Assembly (NCBI GenBank): GCA_043822065.1 | Contig: JBDRCC010000006.1 | Location: 1 to 64,000, forward strand | Origin: an archaeon | Lineage (GTDB): Archaea; Undinarchaeota; CAZHTU01; JBDRCC01 | Length of the DNA stretch: 64,000 nucleotides | Direction: 5' to 3' | Made by a program: the position numbers and the translations under genes | Part shown: in pieces, positions 31,401 to 40,786 of the stretch | Layout: the number at the start of each line of letters is the position of its first letter | Position numbering within the stretch: position 1 is the stretch's first letter | The notes under the pieces: generated by a model | Database searches by the model: none | What the model was told of the DNA's origin: nothing | What the model saw: the letters and a program-made list of their open reading frames with translations, nothing else

Positions 31401-33967
31401 TCTGTCACGTTAACCTCAAAGTACTCATACCCGTTGAAGCTCCCTGGCGCAGTCCACTGGATGGTGCCGTTGGCATCAATCGTCGCCGTCCCGTTTATGC
31501 CGTATGCCAGGACATCACCATAGGGCGTGTCCACATCGCCGCCAGCCACCTGGAAGCCAACCGTTCCCCCCTCTTCGACAGTTTGGTTTGTGGGGTAGAC
31601 GAGCCAGAACGGTGCGTCATTGACCTGAATAACATGCACCGTGAGCTGCGTCGTGTTAGTAAGCCCGCCCTCGTCAGCCGCAGTGAACGTTATAGTCTCA
31701 TTTCCAGCCCAGTTTGCGTTTGCAGTCAGGTTAAGCTGCCTGTTTGAATCAATCGTGGCGTGGACGTTAGTCCCCGTACCAGTCCAGACTATGCTCGCGT
31801 CCGGCGTCATGTCGTCCTGGACGTAGGCGTCCATATTCAAGGTGTCATTGTAAGCATCCTCATCGAACCAGACATCCGGCATCGGGAAAGTCTCCGGCGG
31901 GTCGTTTACCGGGGTGACGTTCACCCAGAAGTAAGCCCAGGCAACCTCGCCTGCGAGGTCTGTAACATTAACTTCAAAGTATTCAATCCCGTTGAATCCC
32001 GCTGACGGGGTCCAGGTCACGAGGCCGTTTGCGTCAACAGCCGCAGTGCCGTTTATCGCGTAGGATATTGCGTCCCCGTAAGCCAAATCCGGGTCAGACC
32101 CATACAACTGATAAATCAGCTGGGTCTCCTCCTGTGTCTCAGTGTTGTTCGGGTAGGCAAGCCAGAATGGGGCGTCATTTACGTTCAGCACGCTGACATT
32201 CACGGCTTCCGAGTCAGTCAGCCCGCCCTCGTCTGTTGCAGTCAGTATTATACTCTCGTTCCCGGACCAGTTGCCTGCCGGCGTGAGTGTCAGTACGCGG
32301 GTAAGCGGGTCGACGGAAACCTGGACGTTTGCCCCGTTTCCGCTCCAGACTATGTCTGCGTCGGCGGATTCAAGGTCTGCGACGTAATCGTCAAGGCCAA
32401 TCGTGTTGTTAAGCATGTCCTCGTCAATCCATATCGCAGGGAATGGGTCTACGACCGGCGGGTCGTTTACCGGGACAATGGTCACGAGCGTGCCGTCCGA
32501 GCCAATTCCGCCCTTTCCGTCGTCGGCCTGGAAAGTTATGGTCTCTGCGCCCGTCCAGTCTGCAGGCGGAGTGAAAGTGACAATGTTGTCCACGTCAACC
32601 GCGACGTTTATGTTTACGTTCCCGCTCCAGGTCCATGTCGGGACGTCGCCGTCTGGGTCTACGTAGCAGTCGTCAAGGTTAATCGAGTTGTTGAACGAAT
32701 CCTCATCGGCGAACACGTCAGGGACATCCACGACCGGGGCGTCATTTCCGCACAGGACCTCAACGCCCATCGCCCCATAGTCGCTCAGCCCGCCCTCGTC
32801 TGTTGCAGTAAATATTATAGTCGCGTTTCCGCACCAGTCTGCGGCTGGCGTAAGCGTGAGCATGCCGTCAGCTGCAACTGTGGCCGTGACGTTGGCTCCG
32901 TTGTTTGTCCAGACAATGTCTGCGTCAGCGGTCTCCTCGTCAGCAACATAATCATCCATGTCGACGCTTGTGTCCGGCGTGTCCTCTGCCAGAGTCATCG
33001 CGGGCAGCGGGTCTACGACCGGCAGGTCGTTTACCTCTATAACATACATATTAAAGCTTGAGTTCGCCTGTGCGCCCTTCGAGTCGACAATCCAGACTGT
33101 TGTCCAGTACGGGCTGCCCGGGAGGTCTGCATTAACCGGAGTGAAGCTGAACTGCCCCGTGGCAAGGCCTATGTCAAATAGGGTAGAATCGTCATAATAC
33201 TGGAGCGGGAGGTTGTTTTCAGGGTCGGTTGCACTTACTGTGTAGCTGAAAAGAACGTCCTCTGTTGAGTACAGGGTTGGGATTCCAGCGCCGCCATTCA
33301 CAATTGGCGCCTTATTATAATAGACTAATACATCCTGCCAGTCGATAAGGTTCGTGCTGTCCTTTGCCCAAAACCGCACCTGCGCAGGGCTTGAGGGGAA
33401 ATCCCCATTTTGGGGCACATAATTTATCTCGCCAGTCACCAAATTGAGTTTGGATTTCATGAATGTGTTGTCGACATTAAACGACAGTATGTCGCCGAGG
33501 ATGCTATCCTCATCCGTCGCAGTCAGGAAGTAGGTAAAAACCTGCCCCACATTCACGTAAAAGTCAGAAATTGCGCCAAGTACTGGCGCCTCGTTCACGT
33601 TCGTTACCGTTATCTGGATTGGCTGGCTTACCGGCGGGTTGACGCCGTCATTGACTGTGATACTGACAGTAATCGGGCTTGCAAGGACCTCCGGGTCATC
33701 CCCGAAAAAGCTCACATAGAACCTAACGTCCTTCTTCCCATTGTCTGCGGCTTCCTTAGTTACGGTCACCCAAGGGTTATCCGCTGAAAAGCTGAGGATG
33801 TCCTTGTCGTCGTCATACGCCCAAAAAGTCGTGCTGTATGTATGCTCCTCGTTGGTCGTAATATCGTTAAGAACCGTGAAGTATGGTGCTGAGTTCGCAG
33901 CAAACGCAAAGCTCGAGCTCAACAGTAATGCTAGGAACAACCAACCAACCTTACCCCTGGAACCCAT
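28478..33967 (-). CDS. 1829-aa secreted protein with tandem cadherin-like (tandem-95/Big_9-like) repeats and CARDB
   Basis: Signal peptide; many VNDAP/VNDPP...ETITFTAxD repeats; ETDTVDN CARDB; stop overlaps the next start (ATGA). Confidence 0.9.
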   Translation of the reverse strand: MGSRGKVGWLFLALLLSSSFAFAANSAPYFTVLNDITTNEEHTYSTTFWAYDDDKDILSFSADNPWVTVTKEAADNGKKDVRFYVSFFGDDPEVLASPITVSITVNDGVNPPVSQPIQITVTNVNEAPVLGAISDFYVNVGQVFTYFLTATDEDSILGDILSFNVDNTFMKSKLNLVTGEINYVPQNGDFPSSPAQVRFWAKDSTNLIDWQDVLVYYNKAPIVNGGAGIPTLYSTEDVLFSYTVSATDPENNLPLQYYDDSTLFDIGLATGQFSFTPVNADLPGSPYWTTVWIVDSKGAQANSSFNMYVIEVNDLPVVDPLPAMTLAEDTPDTSVDMDDYVADEETADADIVWTNNGANVTATVAADGMLTLTPAADWCGNATIIFTATDEGGLSDYGAMGVEVLCGNDAPVVDVPDVFADEDSFNNSINLDDCYVDPDGDVPTWTWSGNVNINVAVDVDNIVTFTPPADWTGAETITFQADDGKGGIGSDGTLVTIVPVNDPPVVDPFPAIWIDEDMLNNTIGLDDYVADLESADADIVWSGNGANVQVSVDPLTRVLTLTPAGNWSGNESIILTATDEGGLTDSEAVNVSVLNVNDAPFWLAYPNNTETQEETQLIYQLYGSDPDLAYGDAISYAINGTAAVDANGLVTWTPSAGFNGIEYFEVNVTDLAGEVAWAYFWVNVTPVNDPPETFPMPDVWFDEDAYNDTLNMDAYVQDDMTPDASIVWTGTGTNVHATIDSNRQLNLTANANWAGNETITFTAADEGGLTNTTQLTVHVIQVNDAPFWLVYPTNQTVEEGGTVGFQVAGGDVDTPYGDVLAYGINGTATIDANGTIQWTAPGSFNGYEYFEVNVTDLAGEVAWAYFWVNVTPVNDPPETFPMPDVWFDEDTYNDTLVMDDYVTDDMTADADIVWTGTGTNVHAVIDSATRILNLTADADWAGNETITFTAMDGDGLANTTQLTVSVIQVNDAPFWVTYPANQTIAEGGTAAFQVEAGDADLPYGDAITYAINGTATIDSSGNIAWTPAGGFNGMEYFEVNATDSAGEVVWGYFWVNVTPVNDRPETFPMPDVWFDEDAYNDTLNMDAYVADDMTPDANIVWTGTGTNVHATIDSNRQLNLTADADWAGNETITFTAMDGDGLANTTSLTIHVKQINDAPFWLVYPQNQTIAEEGTLSMLLLASDADLQYGDAITYGVNDTTFTVGPLGGVSWTAPAGFNGMWHVEFNATDSTGQAVWAQIFVNVTEVNDAPVVTDIPDVWFVEDLYNDTISLDAYVTDDMTPDANINWTYSGNTNVVVSILADRTVNFTAAPNWSGSETITFTAADAGGLTDSDTVTVTVIGVEEAPYWDPYPANQTIAEDSSLDYTVHATDPDGQAVTYWINDTTITFNPATGQMTWTPGIGNTGIRYVTVNATDGTTVITAYMRVTVAPAAGRPDVGDIPNVWIMEDSFNNSIDLDNYIVDADTPLPSITWTASGNAQIAVAIDPLTHVATLTPAPNFYGVETITFTANDGTYTDSDMSVATVINVNDPPVLATLASDYYAWEYQQFYLDVNATDPDMPLDTLRFYSNSPLFTIDQNSGIISVVPVHADAGIHMVNISVRDTVGLEDSKVVRINVTVTPIPDVRVVNVTYVPSVVIEKDVMNFTAAIKNEGERAESSLVVRLFVDGIQKDSYTIPNLAVGATTNVPFSWASTQYNHSFVVSVDPVSGETDTVDNQYPFSKRVYSYDEVLAIDVLVPSQRPQNSAFVSVVNVWNTAKKAQYNIPVNLTLDNGLVFGNNDVDWRIIPFIDVNKSTSLVWYVNSTSQTGVFNVRGTIYQEVTDVGQVTVS
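30531..31963 (-). repeat. Near-identical intragenic tandem repeats with a period of about 558-561 bp
   Basis: Block ccagac(g/a)tccggcatcgggaaagtctccggc at 30749, 31310 and 31868; 30531-30600 recurs essentially unchanged at about 31089-31159. Confidence 0.85.
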
Positions 33968-34030
33968 TTTTACAAGGTAGTATTGGCTCTTTTAAGTATA
34001 TAAATGTTACCATCGCACAGTGGTATATAC

Positions 34031-35761
34031 CTACTCCATCGCGTTCTGATACGCGTGTATTATGTCATGATGCGTGAAGGCTCCGATGAGCTTCTTCTCG
34101 CCCAGCCTCTCGACAACCGGTATGAATGGGAGGTGCTTCTGGTGCATGAGGTCAAGGGCTTCGCGGACGGTGTTATCAGGGTAGATGACGTCAAATTCCA
34201 CTTGCATGATGTCGTGCACTCTCTTTTCCTTGTCCCTATACGTTACGCGCTCGATATCCCGCAGCCTCACGATTCCGGTTACATTCCCCTTTTCCGTGAC
34301 AGGATAATACGCCCTGGCCCGGACTTTTTTGTCCCTGACCGCACGCCTGAGCTCTCCTGCAAGCCTTATCCCTGCCACGCTGTCAACCTGCTTATTCATG
34401 ACATCGCCAACCTTAATCGTCGTAAGTATGTCCAGCTTCTCGCTCGGCGGCTTCAGCCCCTTGAGCCTGAGCCTCTTGGTGTAGATGTTATCCTCGCTGA
34501 AAATCGAGAATATGAAATAGCTCAGGGCGCAGGAGAACATCAGCGGAATCAAAAGCTGGTAGTTCCCGCTTACCTCGCTCGCGAATACTATCCCCGTCAG
34601 TGGCGCCTTGTTGACTGCAGTGAAAAACGCACCCATGCCCACCAATGCGAATACCATGGGGTTTTCAACACCTATATTGAACGTGTTGACAAACGCAAGG
34701 CCCATCGCACCTCCGACCATGGTGCCGATGAATATTGTCGGGGAGAGGACACCCCCGCTCCCGCCGGAGCCAAGAGTGAATCCGGTCGCTAAGATTTTCA
34801 TAAATACAAGCGCCGCAAGAAGCCCGATGGAGAAACCGCCAAATAGCACCGCTTCAACCGTCTTATATCCGACACCCATGACCTGCGGGAACCAAAGGCC
34901 TATTGCGCCGACAAGAAACCCTCCGAAGGCGGCTTTGTACGGGGTCGGCAGCTTCAGCTTCTCGAATCCATGCTCTATTCCATAATACGCCTTAACCCAT
35001 AAGACGCCGGCAATCCCGCAAATTGCGCCAAGCAGCATGTACCCGAACAGCGAGTTTATATCTTGGAACACAAACGGCGGGGACGTGAATGCGTGCCCCT
35101 TGCCGAGCAGCTGCTCGCCAATCGAGGCTCCAAGGACCGAGGACAAAATTACCGGTATCAGGGTTTCTCGCCCCATCCTGCAGTGCAGGACTTCCACTGC
35201 GAAAAGCGCCCCTCCCAGCGGGGCATCAAAACTGCCCGCAATACCCGCCGCAAGCCCGCATGTCGCGAGAAGCTTTTTTTCCTCTGTGCCCATTTTGAAT
35301 AGCTTGCCTATCCCTGAGCCGACGCCAGCGCCTATTTGCGCAATCGGCCCCTCCCGCCCAGAGCTTCCGCCGGAGCCAAGCGTGATTGCTGAAACAAGAG
35401 CTTTTACGACCGGAACCCTGAAGCGGATCTCGCCCTTCCTGTGCAAGACTGCCTCCATAACCTCAGGGATGCCGTGCCCAGCAGTCTCCTTCGCGAGATA
35501 GTAGGTTACTGTCCCAACAATAAGCCCTCCAATCGCAGGAATGAAGACTTTTCCGTACGCCCCAAGCTGCAGCACCAGGAGCCCGCCGACAACCTCCCTG
35601 AAAAAATACTCGTTAATCCTTATTATCGACTCAAAAAAGACGGCAGCAAGCCCCCCTGCAACGCCGACAAACATCGCAAAGGCATAAAGTATGAACGTCT
35701 CCCGGTGTGGGACTATTTTTTGGATATTCCGTCTTACGGCTGCGATCGCTTTACGGTGCAT
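34031..35761 (-). CDS. CLC chloride channel or Cl-/H+ antiporter with CBS domains
   Basis: GHGIPE, GREGP, GGVLSP CLC signatures and a C-terminal CBS pair. Confidence 0.93.
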   Translation of the reverse strand: MHRKAIAAVRRNIQKIVPHRETFILYAFAMFVGVAGGLAAVFFESIIRINEYFFREVVGGLLVLQLGAYGKVFIPAIGGLIVGTVTYYLAKETAGHGIPEVMEAVLHRKGEIRFRVPVVKALVSAITLGSGGSSGREGPIAQIGAGVGSGIGKLFKMGTEEKKLLATCGLAAGIAGSFDAPLGGALFAVEVLHCRMGRETLIPVILSSVLGASIGEQLLGKGHAFTSPPFVFQDINSLFGYMLLGAICGIAGVLWVKAYYGIEHGFEKLKLPTPYKAAFGGFLVGAIGLWFPQVMGVGYKTVEAVLFGGFSIGLLAALVFMKILATGFTLGSGGSGGVLSPTIFIGTMVGGAMGLAFVNTFNIGVENPMVFALVGMGAFFTAVNKAPLTGIVFASEVSGNYQLLIPLMFSCALSYFIFSIFSEDNIYTKRLRLKGLKPPSEKLDILTTIKVGDVMNKQVDSVAGIRLAGELRRAVRDKKVRARAYYPVTEKGNVTGIVRLRDIERVTYRDKEKRVHDIMQVEFDVIYPDNTVREALDLMHQKHLPFIPVVERLGEKKLIGAFTHHDIIHAYQNAME

Positions 35762-35778
35762 TTGACCGAGAAATCCCC

Positions 35779-35934
35779 CTATAGCGTGTGAAGGTAAAAC
35801 TCGGCAAGAATCGTTATCACGCAGAGCGCAACGACGACCTCAGGGGGTATGTGGAGCCCTCCCTTAGTTTCATCTGAATATCTCGTCAGCCCTGCCGCGG
35901 ACGGCGGCAGAAGCACTCTCTTTTTGCTTGACAT
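35779..35934 (-). CDS. secG: Preprotein translocase subunit Sec61beta (archaeal SecG); 51 aa, absent from the ORF track
   Basis: Manual translation MSSKKRVLLPPSAAGLTRYSDETKGGLHIPPEVVVALCVITILAEFYLHTL shows the P-x-x-AGL-x-R-Y-x-D/E motif, IxP and a single C-terminal TM; TATA upstream. Confidence 0.85.
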   Translation of the reverse strand: MSSKKRVLLPPSAAGLTRYSDETKGGLHIPPEVVVALCVITILAEFYLHTL

Positions 35935-35981
35935 CGGACTAAATACTGTTTCTAGAAGTTATATACTTTGTCCTGCGAACC

Positions 35982-37187
35982 TCAAAGCCCGAAGCCAAAG
36001 GCGGCAAGCGCGAAAATAATTGCCAGCGAAACAAGGGTTGGGGCGCCCAATGTCCGGAGGTAATCCTTCAGCCCGACCCTGAAATACTCCAGAGTCACGG
36101 AAACGCAGGCATGCGCCGGCGAGACCAGGCTCCCTAGGAACATGCTCGTGTACATATACGCAAATTGCGGGATTCCTATGCTGCCCTGCGTAGCAACCAC
36201 TACTGGGGCGACTATCGCAAACGGCAGCTGTGTTTCGCCCGCGGCTACGCCGAGAAGGAACCCCAAGATAACTGCCAGCAGGGGAAACGGCAGGGACAGG
36301 GATGAAATCAGCGCCGGCATCTCAGATGCCCTGAGTATGTTTATGAAGACAAATATCGAGATGATTATCAGCGAGAATTTCCACGGCTTCGCGCCGGCTG
36401 CGACAGACCTTAGGCGTCTCAAATCAAATTTTCCAAGCCAGCATGCGAGAATGAGGCTTATCGTGACTGCAGCCAGAGTTGCGATTTCAAGGTAAGGCAG
36501 CGGCAATGTCCGCCGGAGCGTAACGTCAATAAGCGGGGCGCTTAGAAGTATCCCGAGCGGCATCGCAAGGTATTTTGGCGAGAACGCCCCAGTGTATTCC
36601 ATACTGCCTTTCACCTGCCGAAGGAAGAACACTTGCCCGACAGCCAGGAGGAAAACGAACGGCAGGATGAGAAACGGTATTACGCTGTAAAGCTCCAGCC
36701 CAGCCATTTTCGCCTCTGCAAGGAGCGCCGGGTCGAGCGGATAAATCAAATGCGCAACGTGCCTGTACCAGACGTTCGACGCCGCCTTGACGTTGTCGGA
36801 GACGCCCGTCTCCACTTTCTTCAGCAGAGGGGCTGAAAATAATGCGCCGCCGGGCACAGGGAGCATGCCCAAAACTGCTGGCGCGAAGGCAACAAAGCCC
36901 TTCTTCCCGATTCTCATGTTTTGGACGAGATGGTCCATCATGCCAGAGCCCTCAAGGACCCCGCCGATTATGGGTATCATTCCCACCGCCGCAGCCAGAA
37001 GCAGAATCGACGGGTCTGTCAGGGTGATTGCCACCCTTTCCGCGACAGTCCTAATGGGCAGCGCGAGAAACCCAAACGTGAAGCTCCCTAAAAGAAGCCC
37101 TGCCGGAAGGTTTTTTCTTCCGACCCAGAGGACAATCGAGACGCCTAATACAAAAGAGATTCCAAGGCGGATGGTCTGTATATCCAT
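35982..37187 (-). CDS. DUF401-like membrane transporter (IT superfamily-like)
   Basis: About 11 TM segments; GMLPVPGGALFSAP, NVWYRH and SPAHAC motifs. Confidence 0.8.
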   Translation of the reverse strand: MDIQTIRLGISFVLGVSIVLWVGRKNLPAGLLLGSFTFGFLALPIRTVAERVAITLTDPSILLLAAAVGMIPIIGGVLEGSGMMDHLVQNMRIGKKGFVAFAPAVLGMLPVPGGALFSAPLLKKVETGVSDNVKAASNVWYRHVAHLIYPLDPALLAEAKMAGLELYSVIPFLILPFVFLLAVGQVFFLRQVKGSMEYTGAFSPKYLAMPLGILLSAPLIDVTLRRTLPLPYLEIATLAAVTISLILACWLGKFDLRRLRSVAAGAKPWKFSLIIISIFVFINILRASEMPALISSLSLPFPLLAVILGFLLGVAAGETQLPFAIVAPVVVATQGSIGIPQFAYMYTSMFLGSLVSPAHACVSVTLEYFRVGLKDYLRTLGAPTLVSLAIIFALAAFGFGL

Positions 37188-37211
37188 CGTTGTGGCAGCA
37201 GCAGCTTATCC

Positions 37212-38621
37212 TTATTCGTCCGCCGCCCACCTGCCTTTTTTCAGCACCTTGGCAGCCATCTTCGCGCCGTTCCTTTTCTCGTTATCAAGCTCCCGCGTAA
37301 TCGTTCTGGGGTCGATGTACCCCCATGTCTTGAGCGCCTGCGCAAGCTCCTTGTGCGTCTTGGCATACTCCTTCGCAGGGATGCCTTTCACCGTAGCATC
37401 TATTGCCTGGCGCATTGACATCGCGCCCTTAACCGTCCCGCCCGGGTGCCCGTGGACGCCGGCGCCTGCCTGGATGTTCACATCCTTGCCATGGAGCCGT
37501 ACCAGCGCGTCCACCCTCCCTGCGTCAAGCCCGCCGGAGGCAATGGCCAGCATTGGCTTTATGTGGCTTGCAAATTCCATTTTCAGCGAGCCGTACTGCA
37601 ATTTCTCGCCGACTTTCATCTGGTCTGCAATGTCATGGTACCTCTTTATCACAAGCGGCGAGCCCTCCATCTTGCCTACTCCCGTTCCGATGTGAAGCTG
37701 GTCTATGCCCAGCATCCTGTAGAACTTTTCGTACACCTGGAAGTTTATTCCGTACGAGCCCCTGTTCGGAGCAGCATACCCTGCTCTGTGCCCGTGGGTT
37801 GCGAAGCCATATTTCCGCGTCAGCTCAAGGGTGTCCTGCAGCGCGCTCATGCCCATCACGTAAACATCAAGCATCACAATGATGTTCTTCTGGAGCCCCA
37901 TCTCGTTCAGGTAGTCAATCCGCTCGGCCATCCTCGAGTACCTGTCGCTCACGTTGCATGAATAAAGGTGGTTCTGCCCCGTCTCCCCGCCCGCCTTTTC
38001 AATCGCCTTTACGACATTGTGGAGCCTATCCGTCCACCTGCAGAAGTCCTGGTCCACGAGGTTCTCGTCATCCTTGACAAGGTCAAGCCCGCCGGCGAAT
38101 GAATTGTAAGCGACGTTCGCCCACTCCTTCGCGGTAAGCCCGACTTTAGGCTTGACAATGGTTCCGACGTGCGGTCGCCGGCTCTTTGTGGTCCCTGCCA
38201 GCTTTCGTATGCCCTCCAATCCGGCATACGGGCCCTTGAACCACTTCTGGTACTTCTTCGGGAATGCAATGTCAAAGACATACAGCTCTTCAAGCTCCTT
38301 CAGCCCGAAGAGGTTCCCAAGCACTGACGCCTGAAACTGGCTTACGTTCTTCGCGTCGAAGTGCTCGACAGGATATGCGACCCAGACAAACCCGCTGTTT
38401 TTCGTGACCTTGTCAATCCTGAAAATCCTAGCGCGGTAATGGTCCCAGACGTGCTGGTTCATGGTCGATAATTTCGTCCACGAGCCGACGCTGCTTTCCG
38501 CGGCAATCGCCTCCGCGGTCTTTTCCAGGGTCATCTGGCTCTTTGTCCAGATGAGGACTACGAAGTCGTCCTGTGTTGGTTTGTACTTTAAGTCGATATA
38601 ACTGTATCCGCCGTAAGCCAT
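37212..38621 (-). CDS. rbcL: RuBisCO large subunit, form III or form III-like
   Basis: AESS, GNLFG, IVKPKVGL, GLDLVKDDENL, HGHRA, HIGT-GKMEG, ASGG, GVHGHP; GGTGAT Shine-Dalgarno upstream. Confidence 0.92.
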   Translation of the reverse strand: MAYGGYSYIDLKYKPTQDDFVVLIWTKSQMTLEKTAEAIAAESSVGSWTKLSTMNQHVWDHYRARIFRIDKVTKNSGFVWVAYPVEHFDAKNVSQFQASVLGNLFGLKELEELYVFDIAFPKKYQKWFKGPYAGLEGIRKLAGTTKSRRPHVGTIVKPKVGLTAKEWANVAYNSFAGGLDLVKDDENLVDQDFCRWTDRLHNVVKAIEKAGGETGQNHLYSCNVSDRYSRMAERIDYLNEMGLQKNIIVMLDVYVMGMSALQDTLELTRKYGFATHGHRAGYAAPNRGSYGINFQVYEKFYRMLGIDQLHIGTGVGKMEGSPLVIKRYHDIADQMKVGEKLQYGSLKMEFASHIKPMLAIASGGLDAGRVDALVRLHGKDVNIQAGAGVHGHPGGTVKGAMSMRQAIDATVKGIPAKEYAKTHKELAQALKTWGYIDPRTITRELDNEKRNGAKMAAKVLKKGRWAADE

Positions 38622-38676
38622 GGTATCACCCCTTACCCTAAATGCTCGAGATTATATAATACTTAATGGCGCGCGC

Positions 38677-39714
38677 CTATACTGCTAAGTCTTTGTAGGT
38701 CCTGACGACTTCCTTCAGCTTCGGCGAGTCAAAAACATCCCGTCCAAGGAACGCGTTGGCGGTCGAGGTGTACATCTGCCCTATTATCCTCTTCAGCTCA
38801 GGGTGCAGCTTCGGCGGCTTGGACCTGCAAAGCGCTTTCCAGTCCGTGACCTTTTTTTCCTCGGCAGCGTTCTTTGCCTTCTCGACGTCCGAATACCACG
38901 CAGTCTTCCTGTAGAATTTCCTTGCCACTTCCTTGCTAACTGGAAGCCCGTTGTATGTAAACCTGCACTCGTCCAGGGTGCCAAGGATGTCGACGAGCAT
39001 AAGCTCCCTCATTGGCCCGTAAGCAAGTTCTATCTTTCCATCCTCATTTACGAGGTCTGCCGTCGCCCCAATTTCAGTTATAAGACCGTTTGCCTTCCGC
39101 AGGACGCCCTTGAGTTCGCCAAGCTCGGCATCACTCATGCAAGAAATCTCCTGCGCCTCCTCCCAGGTCATGTACCGATCCCTTACTTCAAGCTTTGTGC
39201 TCACGTCAAATATAGGATTGTCAAGCACCGCGCCAGGCTTTGGATAGTGGTCCAGCCCAAGCGCCTGGTAGGTCGTGTCACCCCGTTCAAGCCTCTTGAA
39301 AACGCTAGAGCCCTCCGGCAGGCGGTTCCTGTAAATTACCTCAAGCGGAATAAGGAAGTTTTCCAGTTTTGGAGTATAAGCTGAATAATCATACCTGCCG
39401 CCCTTGAACGGCGGCCTGATGACGTTAACGATTGACACTTCCATCACGTTCGACGGCTCTTCGAGCTCGTCCAGCCTGTGCGGCTTGCCGTCCTTGCCGA
39501 CCAAGCCCTTGTAATGCGTTTTAATCCCGCGCCGCTCAATCTCCTCAAAACAGAAGGACCCCATTATGCACAGCGCGGCGCCCTTGTTCGGGATGTGGTC
39601 CGGCATCTCGCCCCAGTCGAACACAGAGTACCTGTCCGAGAAAACAAACCTGCCTACGCCCATCTTCCCCTTAGTGGGCTTTTTCAGAATTTGAAGGTCC
39701 TTTACGCTTCCCAT
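38677..39714 (-). CDS. purC: SAICAR synthetase (long archaeal type)
   Basis: MGSVKDL, FSDRYSVFDWG, IPNKG, IPLEVIYRN, STKLE, DGKIE, GTLDECRF, SKE. Confidence 0.92.
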   Translation of the reverse strand: MGSVKDLQILKKPTKGKMGVGRFVFSDRYSVFDWGEMPDHIPNKGAALCIMGSFCFEEIERRGIKTHYKGLVGKDGKPHRLDELEEPSNVMEVSIVNVIRPPFKGGRYDYSAYTPKLENFLIPLEVIYRNRLPEGSSVFKRLERGDTTYQALGLDHYPKPGAVLDNPIFDVSTKLEVRDRYMTWEEAQEISCMSDAELGELKGVLRKANGLITEIGATADLVNEDGKIELAYGPMRELMLVDILGTLDECRFTYNGLPVSKEVARKFYRKTAWYSDVEKAKNAAEEKKVTDWKALCRSKPPKLHPELKRIIGQMYTSTANAFLGRDVFDSPKLKEVVRTYKDLAV

Positions 39715-39764
39715 CGGCTTTCCTAAGAATCAGGGATATAAATAGATTTACTCAAACAAAAAGC

Positions 39765-39802
39765 GAGAGGCGGCAGTTCCCCGAATAAATGGGGCTTACT
39801 AC
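39765..39802. repeat. Array repeat R1 (distal boundary)
   Basis: GAGAGGCGGCAGTTCCCCGAATAAATGGGGCTTACTAC. Confidence 0.9.
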
Positions 39803-39827
39803 ACAAAAATACTTCTTCTGGATAAAA

Positions 39828-40259
39828 CTAGCCGGTGTTCTTTTTCAATTCGTTTTTGATTTTCGGCAGAAATTCTGTTAGGAACTCCAGTGCATCCTGG
39901 CATTCAGCAATGCTCACCGCTTCGGCGCTGTAAATGGCGTTGTTTCTCAACTTTCTTAATCTGTCAAAGGTTTCAGCATCCTGGTTGGGGATCTCTGTGA
40001 ACTCCTTTAGGAATGCCACGAGAACTGTGTGGGAATACGGCTTGTACCCTACGTTAGACATCAACGCCTGAACGGCCTCACGCATGCACTCATAGATGTC
40101 TTCGAAAATGAAGTCAGCGTTTTCTTCTGAAATCTCTTGAGTCTTTATATATTTCAAACGATTACTCGCTTTCGTAATAAGGGAGTTTGCTTCTGCAGGG
40201 TCCGCTGTTTTTCTTACTACTTCCTGTTTGTCCAGATAGTACTCAAATTCCTCTATCAT
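39828..40259 (-). CDS. HEPN domain protein (toxin of MNT-HEPN pair 1)
   Basis: IYECMREAVQAL...SH...RKLRNNAIY; start overlaps the stop of the upstream MNT gene. Confidence 0.85.
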   Translation of the reverse strand: MIEEFEYYLDKQEVVRKTADPAEANSLITKASNRLKYIKTQEISEENADFIFEDIYECMREAVQALMSNVGYKPYSHTVLVAFLKEFTEIPNQDAETFDRLRKLRNNAIYSAEAVSIAECQDALEFLTEFLPKIKNELKKNTG

Positions 40260-40786
40260 CTTAGCGCTCTTAGATATCCGCTCAAAACTACTCCATTCGC
40301 CAGGTCATTTAGGAACTCTGGGTTTGACTTGCTGAGGTCCACGTCATGTATGTTTATTTTCCGTCCTAGAATCCCCTCAAACTTCTTTGCACTAAACTCA
40401 ATGCTCCTTTTTGTCACAATTGCCAAATCAACATCACTCTTTATAGTGTCCTCGCCGCGCGAGTAGGAGCCAAAAAGCACAACTGCCTCTGGCTCATTGT
40501 ACTTTCTTACAATTTCTGAGACAAGTCCAGACCTTTGAAGCATATATAAATTGAAAAACCTCTTGAGGGGGAAAAACTCGCCACCGTCAAAATCTGGATA
40601 ATAGTTCAGTACTGCTTTTCCCCTCTCAGACTTCAGAATTTTCTCAGATTCGAGCTTCTTTAGAATGCTGGAAACAGCAGGAAGTGACAAGCCAGTGAGC
40701 CGGCTTAATTCACGAATATGAAACTTCCCAGTGGGATTATTAAAGAACGGTTTCAATAGCTTAAACCGGTTATCTTTTTCTAACAT
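40256..40786 (-). CDS. HTH-fused minimal nucleotidyltransferase (antitoxin of pair 1)
   Basis: N-terminal wHTH (FHIRELSRLTGLSLPAV) and LFGSYSRGED-x2-SDVDL. Confidence 0.92.
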   Translation of the reverse strand: MLEKDNRFKLLKPFFNNPTGKFHIRELSRLTGLSLPAVSSILKKLESEKILKSERGKAVLNYYPDFDGGEFFPLKRFFNLYMLQRSGLVSEIVRKYNEPEAVVLFGSYSRGEDTIKSDVDLAIVTKRSIEFSAKKFEGILGRKINIHDVDLSKSNPEFLNDLANGVVLSGYLRALR

